A stretch of 64,000 nt of DNA from Candidatus Nomurabacteria bacterium (lineage in GTDB: Bacteria; Patescibacteriota; Minisyncoccia; Phycocordibacterales; UBA9973), in assembly GCA_052035195.1 (NCBI GenBank), contig JBPOHU010000001.1, positions 13,713 through 77,712 of the forward strand. The letters run 5' to 3'. The position numbers and the translations under genes are program-made. Shown here one piece after another: positions 57,864 through 64,000 of the stretch (position 1 is its first letter; each line of letters starts with the position of its first letter). Below the pieces are notes generated by a model that worked only from the letters and a program-made list of their open reading frames with translations, had not been told where the DNA came from and did no database searches.

Positions 57864-58244
57864 ATGAAAATTAAAGAATCAGATAGAGAGCTTTTCTTTG
57901 GTCTCGAAACAAGTCTCCACAAAAAAGATATCCGGAATTCTATAGAAAAAACCTCAGAACTTCTCGCGGATGATTTTATTGAATTTGGAAGTTCAGGAAT
58001 AAAATATGACAAAGCGTTTACTTTAGATTCTTTAAGTAAAGAACAGGTTGATTTAGAAATAACAGTTGAAGATTTTGAAGTAAAATACCTTTCTGAGGAT
58101 GTAGTGCTCGTAACTTACAAAACTTCAAAGCTAGATCCTAAAAATGGAGAAAAATTCTGTTCACTTAGAAGTTCGATATGGAGATTTAATGGAGATAAGT
58201 GGGCTATGGTATTTCATCAGGGGACTAAGGTATTAAACCAATAG
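57864..58244 (+). CDS. DUF4440 / NTF2-like protein
   Basis: LLADDFIEFGSSG...RSSIW...W.MVFHQGT; start ATG 57864 with TATAAT 6 nt upstream. Confidence 0.85.
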   Translation: MKIKESDRELFFGLETSLHKKDIRNSIEKTSELLADDFIEFGSSGIKYDKAFTLDSLSKEQVDLEITVEDFEVKYLSEDVVLVTYKTSKLDPKNGEKFCSLRSSIWRFNGDKWAMVFHQGTKVLNQ

Positions 58245-58320
58245 CGGTCCCAGCTTCGTCCCAAACTCCCAGCAAATTTTTAGAAATAAAAATTAGCCGA
58301 TTTAAACGGCTAATGAATAA

Positions 58321-58614
58321 TTATAGTTTTACATTTAACACAGTTAAAACATATCCTCCTATAGCAAATGCTCCGATGATAACTATCACTATTGATAAAG
58401 AAAAAACTAGTTCACCTAGTCGGTCTTCATTATCGAATGAATTTTTTGTTTCTAAGATACCAAAAAAACCAAACAATGTAGTATAGAGAGCAAAACTAAG
58501 CAGGGTAAATGTTGTCTTAAATTTGGGGTTAATAATTTGAATGAACATCAAGATCAAGAATAGGAGAAGCGATATAATCGCGAGTGTTAATAAAACACGT
58601 TTAAATATTTTCAT
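58321..58614 (-). CDS. Small three-TM membrane protein
   Basis: 97 aa, hydrophobic; own TTGACA promoter and terminator. Confidence 0.6.
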   Translation of the reverse strand: MKIFKRVLLTLAIISLLLFLILMFIQIINPKFKTTFTLLSFALYTTLFGFFGILETKNSFDNEDRLGELVFSLSIVIVIIGAFAIGGYVLTVLNVKL

Positions 58615-58713
58615 TAGTTAGATTTTTTTGTATATTACACTATATTACTTGTTTGTCAATAAAGCGGTTCTAACATCGACCCAAATCCAACAAATAAGTT
58701 ATACTTAGTTTCT

Positions 58714-59214
58714 ATGGAAAATACTCCGTTAAATAATCCTGAACGCAAAGAAACTGTTATTCCTGAGTTGAAAATAATATCAGATAAAGAATTGGTTGAT
58801 CTTATATATCAGAAAAAAAGTTTTCCTCAAGATAACAGGTTTCTTCCTGTAGACCAAGGCGGTGTATTTAAATACTTTGATCTTGAAGATATTATCGGAG
58901 CAAATAGTTATTCAAAAACAAAAAAGTTATATCCTAATGTATCCTTAGAAAATGAAATAGTTGGTTTAGCTGAACTTGAAGAGGACCCTAATAATGAAAA
59001 AAACTATTGGATGAAATTTGTTTCTGTTGATCCAAAATATCAAGGAAGGGGATATGCATCATTATTAATAAATAAAATATTTGAATATGCAAAAGAAAAT
59101 AACTATTCTTTGCAACCATCGTTTTATTCAAATGAAGGAGAATTAAAATTGAAAAAAGTAATGGATAGAGCTATTGCTGAAAGCGGTGTGGTTATTATTG
59201 ATGGTCACAAATAA
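58714..59214 (+). CDS. GNAT-family acetyltransferase
   Basis: VSVDPKYQGRGYASLL acetyl-CoA binding motif. Confidence 0.8.
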   Translation: MENTPLNNPERKETVIPELKIISDKELVDLIYQKKSFPQDNRFLPVDQGGVFKYFDLEDIIGANSYSKTKKLYPNVSLENEIVGLAELEEDPNNEKNYWMKFVSVDPKYQGRGYASLLINKIFEYAKENNYSLQPSFYSNEGELKLKKVMDRAIAESGVVIIDGHK

Positions 59215-59317
59215 TATCTCTAACACTCTCCTTGTGCAGGCAGGGCCATACAATCAGTAAATATTTTAGAAATAAAAAACATTATTCTTCTTGGATCTTC
59301 TGCGCTATTATAAATAT

Positions 59318-59701
59318 ATGCTTGAGTCATTTCCAGAACAAGAAAAATCACCAATACCCGAGAAGCCGTTGATTGAAAAACGACAGATTTTTGATATGTA
59401 TAAGATATCTGGAAAAGAAGATGCTCGTTTTAGAGAAATTTTAATAGCATATCTTGGACAAAGACAAGATCTTTTACATGATGATGAATTGGAGAGTATT
59501 AAGGAAGAAGGAAAAAGAAATGAACATGTTCGAGAGACTATTGAGTGGAATATAGAAAAAGCTGAGATGTTCATCGAAGTTGGTTTGTTGGACGAAGCCC
59601 AAGAAACAATAGAAGATATTATAGATGGCGTAAAAGATCCTTATTTTGGAAAAATGAGAGAGATACTCGATACCATAGAAAAGATGCGTAATTTAAAATA
59701 G
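59318..59701 (+). CDS. Hypothetical acidic protein
   Basis: Open frame 59291-59701; probable ATG at 59318 (MLESFPE) after a -10-like hexamer. Confidence 0.55.
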   Translation: MLESFPEQEKSPIPEKPLIEKRQIFDMYKISGKEDARFREILIAYLGQRQDLLHDDELESIKEEGKRNEHVRETIEWNIEKAEMFIEVGLLDEAQETIEDIIDGVKDPYFGKMREILDTIEKMRNLK

Positions 59702-59781
59702 TTATTTATCAATAAACAGGGTTTCCCTCTGTTCAATAAACTCAGAATAGACTGAGTAAAAATAAAAAGAGCCTGTAATTT

Positions 59782-60540
59782 TTACAAGCTCTTTGGAAAA
59801 AATTTACGCCGAAACATACGACATACCCAATTGAAAAAGAACACCCCAGTAAGTAAAAATAATTTTGGCCTTCGAATACAATGCTTAAGAAAGGCTCCGC
59901 AGGTCTTCAGAGAACAGAAGAAATATACAAGAAGATTCCGAAAGGTAGGCTTAACACTTATTATGTTTGCTTTCCAGTCTCTTTTGAAATCTAACAAAGT
60001 ATCAATCACATCTCCTGCCTTAGAAAGGTCTTCAACAAATGCAGTAAAATCAGGTGTGCTTTTTTCAATAAAAAGAAGTACAAGTTCACTAGTGAGAAGG
60101 CCTTCTTCTTTCGTGAGTTGAAACAATTCTTTCGCAGAACTAGCTTTACGTATCCTTTCTGATTGAGTAAACACTGCTTGTACAGTACGAGATAAATCAA
60201 TACGATCCCTATTTGATCTGATATTTTTTAGCAGATAGGTCATCATTTCATCTATAGCCAAAGGGAAAGCATTGTTGGTCTGGGAATAAAGAATTCTTCG
60301 GATAACCTTATCTTGAAATTCTTTTCTATCTTCCTTACTGCTTGATGAATCAATCTTGTCATCAATAAACACCATGACAGCAAACAATACCTGTAGCACT
60401 TTTTGTTCTTGTTGTGAAGGATTTAATTTGAAAGCTTTTGCAGATTTAAATAAATAGTAGCTACTTTTCTGATACGCGTACCGTAAATGTGGTCGTAAAT
60501 CTTTTTTCCAGTCGGATGAACTAAGAATCAGACTTTCCAT
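59782..60540 (-). CDS. Class I isoprenoid-synthase-like protein (tentative)
   Basis: All-helical character with DDKID and D.IDTLLDF..D aspartate-rich motifs. Confidence 0.45.
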   Translation of the reverse strand: MESLILSSSDWKKDLRPHLRYAYQKSSYYLFKSAKAFKLNPSQQEQKVLQVLFAVMVFIDDKIDSSSSKEDRKEFQDKVIRRILYSQTNNAFPLAIDEMMTYLLKNIRSNRDRIDLSRTVQAVFTQSERIRKASSAKELFQLTKEEGLLTSELVLLFIEKSTPDFTAFVEDLSKAGDVIDTLLDFKRDWKANIISVKPTFRNLLVYFFCSLKTCGAFLKHCIRRPKLFLLTGVFFFNWVCRMFRRKFFPKSL

Positions 60541-60713
60541 TTAAATTAAAGTTTTTAGTTAAAGAACGGACATCTAACTATCTGCACAAATAGTTCGTCA
60601 GAGGTTAGATAACTTGAAACAAACATTATAATCTATTATTCATATTGTCAATATTAATCTTTTAGTTTTAACCTAAAAGATTAAATAACTTAAGATAGGT
60701 TATAATAGAGATT

Positions 60714-61103
60714 ATGAAAACCATTTTAGTTGACGCAATAGATTGTTTTGTTTCTGATAAAGGAGAGATTTTTCAAGAAATGCATGACCTTCTTGAGACA
60801 TATCCAAATAAGAAAATTATTGTAACCGGTGCAGACGATGAACAGTTTAAAACCTTCGGTCTAGATAAAATGCCATACGAAGTATTTACCTTAAAGCATG
60901 ACCCAGAAAAAACTAATCCAAAGTATTTTAAAATGCTTCTTGAACAATATAGATTAGATAAAGATGGCGTTGTTTATTTTGAACACAACCGTTATGCAGT
61001 TGAGAGTGCGCAGATAGCAGGGATCGTTAGTTATTTTTATGATAATTCTTCAAAAGACTTGAAAGCTCTCAAGGCTTTCTTGGATGAAAATCTTGAAAAA
61101 TAA
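60714..61103 (+). CDS. HAD-like hydrolase (divergent)
   Basis: ILVDAID, IVTGA, PEKTNPKYF, YFEH...VESA...GI. Confidence 0.6.
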   Translation: MKTILVDAIDCFVSDKGEIFQEMHDLLETYPNKKIIVTGADDEQFKTFGLDKMPYEVFTLKHDPEKTNPKYFKMLLEQYRLDKDGVVYFEHNRYAVESAQIAGIVSYFYDNSSKDLKALKAFLDENLEK

Positions 61104-61120
61104 AAAAACCTGAAACTTTT

Positions 61121-61378
61121 TTAAGTTTTCAGGTTTTGATTTATTTTACCGGGCTTTTTCTTCTGATGGATTAGATGTTCTTCCTTTGTTGTCGTATTTT
61201 CTCCATTTGATTCTTTTTCAATCAAAGCTTTTGCTTTTTCCTTGCAAACAGTACAAGTTATTTCATCTATATCTCTAAAGGAAACCCAGTCATGATTTTT
61301 TGGCCAGTCTTTTGCAAATTTTTTCGAGAAACCGCAAAGTGGATCACTCGTACAAAGAGCGTGCATTATCTTTGCCAT
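61121..61378 (-). CDS. Small Cys/His-containing hypothetical protein
   Basis: H..C...LCG...ITCTVC, possible Zn finger; own promoter. Confidence 0.5.
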   Translation of the reverse strand: MAKIMHALCTSDPLCGFSKKFAKDWPKNHDWVSFRDIDEITCTVCKEKAKALIEKESNGENTTTKEEHLIHQKKKPGKINQNLKT

Positions 61379-61473
61379 AAATGTACTTATTTAAATTTGT
61401 CTTTATATTACAAGCTAAATTCTCTTTGTCAAATAAAAAAGTCTTTTGTCACAATATGACAAAAGACTTTGAC

Positions 61474-62268
61474 TTAATCTATCTCTTTTTCGGGGGTAAA
61501 CAAACTGAATGTTTCCTCGTGTAATCCTAAGCGCAGTGCCTCTACCTCAAGAATTCTCTCCGGAGAAATGTTGCTTAGATTACAATTCGTACCGAGAAGT
61601 TGGATAAAGTAAACCTGTTGGAGTTTTTGTGGTGCTCCCCAGACGATTTGTTCCGGAAGTATTTGGGTGATTATTTCTTGCACCAGACCTTCACGTACCT
61701 CACCTGATCCACGGTATATACCCACATTTCCAGCATCTTTACTTTCTGCAAACACGTACTTTGAGCCACATTCGAGTTCTGAACGCATCAGTTCAATCCA
61801 TTTATATGGAGGAATAATGTATGCTGGGTCTTTCGATCCAACCTTGCTGTAAACAGTACCTATTCTTGCAAGCTTTTCGATATAGCTACATTTTTCTGAA
61901 GGATGGATAGTCACACATCCATCACTTACCATAAATGTGTCTATTTGGTTTTTTTCGCACAGTTCCATGTAGCCGTCGAACTTATCTCTTTTCAGAAATG
62001 CTTCGAAAACTATTCCCGACAAAAACGGGGTGATGTTTAGTTTCTTGCAGAGCGATACCCTTTTTTGTAAATCATTACTAATAAGGGCTTCGGGGCCGAT
62101 CTCCAGAACATCGATGTGTTTGTGGTACGATAGTGCGTTTTCGAGAGTTTTAAGAGGGATACCTCTATCTACGAGGACATTGATTCCTGATTGTCTCGGT
62201 TTTGCATTTCGTTCAGGGAGATCAAAATATGAAAACCCTTCTAAGATGGTGTTGTTTTCTTTATTCAT
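61474..62268 (-). CDS. comA: Phosphosulfolactate synthase-like protein (ComA family), divergent
   Basis: LPER..KPR.SG...DRG, VSDG, VGSKD, G..GIYR.SGEVR, W.APQK.QQ..FI..LG.NCNL.NI, E.LRLGL...TF. Confidence 0.8.
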   Translation of the reverse strand: MNKENNTILEGFSYFDLPERNAKPRQSGINVLVDRGIPLKTLENALSYHKHIDVLEIGPEALISNDLQKRVSLCKKLNITPFLSGIVFEAFLKRDKFDGYMELCEKNQIDTFMVSDGCVTIHPSEKCSYIEKLARIGTVYSKVGSKDPAYIIPPYKWIELMRSELECGSKYVFAESKDAGNVGIYRGSGEVREGLVQEIITQILPEQIVWGAPQKLQQVYFIQLLGTNCNLSNISPERILEVEALRLGLHEETFSLFTPEKEID

Positions 62269-62355
62269 TTTTAACAATTTTCTTTACATTACTATATAAA
62301 AATATGTTGTCAAATAAAAAAGCTGAAATTATTCAGCTTTTGTTTTAGAGGAGTA

Positions 62356-62802
62356 TTAGTTTGCATTTTCGTAGAGATGTGAAGAAAGCTCTATTTCTAT
62401 GAGAGTTTCTTTTGTGAGACTTTTTCTCTTGGCCTTAAAATCATACCTGTTGTCAGAAAGCCATACTGTGTAGGAGAGTAGGTTGTCGTATTCTTTAAAT
62501 TCTCCGTCAGGATGAAATGCTCCTGCGTGTGCAAAAAATAAAAAGTTTGAACCCGCCACCTTCATGATCTCGTTGAGGTGAGTAGTTCCATTTGAAGACT
62601 TCATGTCGTGGATACTATTGTAAATATTCAAGACATCTTTTTTTGAAAACCCATCACTTCCTTCTATGACAGTGATACAGGTCGATATCTTCAGTGCCTC
62701 CGGTTGTTCGAGAAGGAAGAACAGTATCTTTTTTGCCAATTCTGTGGCATCTTTTGAATGGATAATGAGGTACTTTACTGCCTCTGTTTGTGTGTTGTTC
62801 AT
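62356..62802 (-). CDS. Hypothetical protein
   Basis: 148-aa ORF with own promoter and terminator. Confidence 0.6.
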   Translation of the reverse strand: MNNTQTEAVKYLIIHSKDATELAKKILFFLLEQPEALKISTCITVIEGSDGFSKKDVLNIYNSIHDMKSSNGTTHLNEIMKVAGSNFLFFAHAGAFHPDGEFKEYDNLLSYTVWLSDNRYDFKAKRKSLTKETLIEIELSSHLYENAN

Positions 62803-62899
62803 TACTTAAGGTTTTGTTTGATATTACAACCTAAACTCTTTTTGTCAAATAAAAAAAGTTGACTAGCACTTATGTTCTTATTTGAGTATTATTGTTTTA

Positions 62900-63463
62900 A
62901 TGGAAAGATTATTAAAGACATATAGAGCATGGAGATTTAAAAACACTTTTTTGTTGATAGGGATTCTTGTTTTTGTTTTTTATGCTACGGGTACTACAGC
63001 AGGGCAACAAGTTGTCTTGAGTATTTCCAAGCTAGGATACTTCGGGTCTTTTATTGCAGGAATGTTTTTTGTTTCTACTTTTACTGTGGCTCCTGCAGGA
63101 GTTGTACTTTTTAAATTTGCGCAAATATATAATCCGATACTTATAGCACTTTCAGCAGGAGTAGGAGCGGTGATAGGAGATTATATTATTTTTCGATTTT
63201 TGAAAGATAATGTTTTTGAAGAGATAAAACCTGTATTTATGAAATTAGGGGGGTCTCATATTACACACCTGCTCGGGACCCCATATTTTGGATGGTTGGC
63301 GCCAGTTTTAGGGGCTATAATTATCGCTTCACCTTTCCCAGATGAAATAGGGGTAGGACTTATGGGGATCTCAAAGCTTAAAAACTGGCAGTTTCTTTTG
63401 ATATCATTTTTACTCAATAGTGTAGGAATATTACTTATCGTTACTCTGGCAAAATCTATTTAG
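62900..63463 (+). CDS. Membrane protein, DedA/VTT-like
   Basis: GY.G.FIAG..F...FT.AP, GA.IGDY.IFRF, IIASPFPDE.G; probable ATG 62900. Confidence 0.7.
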   Translation: MERLLKTYRAWRFKNTFLLIGILVFVFYATGTTAGQQVVLSISKLGYFGSFIAGMFFVSTFTVAPAGVVLFKFAQIYNPILIALSAGVGAVIGDYIIFRFLKDNVFEEIKPVFMKLGGSHITHLLGTPYFGWLAPVLGAIIIASPFPDEIGVGLMGISKLKNWQFLLISFLLNSVGILLIVTLAKSI

Positions 63464-63513
63464 TACTATAGATATTTATTAAAATAAAAAAAGAGCCGTA
63501 GCTCCTTTTAATT

Positions 63514-63753
63514 TTAATGATTTTTGAAATACACCTGGTCTTCGGCGGTTGGTTTGACTCTTGAGTGTCCACGTCCCATTGGAATAAGGGTGACATCGGC
63601 AATACCGTCACCATCTTCATCAATTATTTCTGACCAGCCGTTTGGTGTATTCCGGTCTACTATTTTGTTAGGAATGATCTTCTTAAGTACAGAAGGAGCA
63701 ATAATAGTACACATTAAGACTATTAAAGATGCCCAAATAAATACTTTTCTCAT
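63514..63753 (-). CDS. Small membrane-anchored protein with DxDGDG motif
   Basis: N-terminal TM; IDEDGDGIAD Ca-binding-like motif; own TTGACA promoter. Confidence 0.55.
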   Translation of the reverse strand: MRKVFIWASLIVLMCTIIAPSVLKKIIPNKIVDRNTPNGWSEIIDEDGDGIADVTLIPMGRGHSRVKPTAEDQVYFKNH

Positions 63754-63858
63754 GTTAACTTTTTTCTTGATATTACAAGTAAACTGCGTTTTGTCAATTT
63801 TTTTAAAACAAAATAAAAAAACCCGTTTAAACGGGCCCTATCTTTAATCACAGACAAC

Positions 63859-63999
63859 TTATTCTTTTCTAGGACCATAGAGTTGTTCAGTGTCATTTTC
63901 GACACAGTAAACGATCATTTGGCCATGAGAAAGGTAATTTCCTAAATTACAACTCTTTCTCAGTTCTTTTCCATACAAACGATCTGTTAGATAGTCTAA
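63859..63999 (-). CDS. 3' end of a hypothetical protein starting beyond the window
   Basis: Open frame ...LDYLTDRLYGKELRK...GPRKE stop, followed by hairpin cccgtttaaacggg and T tract. Confidence 0.4.
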   Translation of the reverse strand, partial: LDYLTDRLYGKELRKSCNLGNYLSHGQMIVYCVENDTEQLYGPRKE

Positions 64000-64000
64000 G

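Larger units (their letters stand above)
54325..59275 (+). repeat. Dispersed same-orientation intergenic site GGTTCYAAC-N15-CAGCAAATA(TTTTRGAAATAAAA), about 10 full or partial copies
   Basis: 28-nt copies at 54325, 54845, 55426, 57816, 58246; 26-nt copy at 58666; interrupted copies at 56019-56093 and 59216-59258; right-half copies at 56664 and 57081. Confidence 0.85.

Noticed and set aside
54325-59275. Classical integron attC array (YAAC after stop codons, GTTA downstream)
   Set aside because: The sites are short and not self-complementary, the GTTA belongs to -10 boxes, genes face both ways with their own promoters, and no intI is present.
54325-59275. CRISPR array
   Set aside because: Repeats are degenerate and separated by whole genes of several hundred nt; no cas genes.
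2055-63847. Numerous short antisense or nested ORFs in the ORF track
   Set aside because: They lie opposite or within well-supported genes and show no independent motifs or expression signals.
1-64000. Alternative genetic code 25 (TGA as Gly)
   Set aside because: Conserved genes are intact under code 11 and uvrA ends at TGA at the expected position.

Overview
Low-GC, compact bacterial chromosome segment in genetic code 11 (TGA is used as stop; tRNA-Trp has anticodon CCA). Gene content and style point to a Patescibacteria/CPR organism, probably Parcubacteria; this taxonomy is inferred. Housekeeping genes (mreBC, tgt, uvrABC, rlmB-like, ychF, rpmG, miaA, parB, rel, topA, dprA, serS, ftsQ-like, dus, dnaX and tRNA-Trp, -Leu, -Gln) are interleaved with three accessory blocks. 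(1) A Bacteroidota-like secreted PKD/SGNH/esterase gene precedes carotenoid genes (crtB, crtI and a convergent lycopene elongase). (2) An ~11 kb co-oriented cluster encodes its own Tat translocase (tatC plus two unannotated tatA), a twin-arginine substrate, a 959-aa signal-less repeat/propeller protein, a lysozyme-like protein, and a dockerin protein with two membrane-anchored cohesin proteins. (3) Downstream of tRNA-Gln, ~10 kb of small unrelated genes form a cassette-like array. Its junctions carry a recurring site whose geometry relative to the tRNA 3' end (5-bp shift of an inverted motif) fits large-serine-recombinase att sites, although no recombinase is in the window. Blocks 2 and 3 are the best candidates for undescribed systems. 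No database searches were run; family calls rest on motifs read from the sequence.
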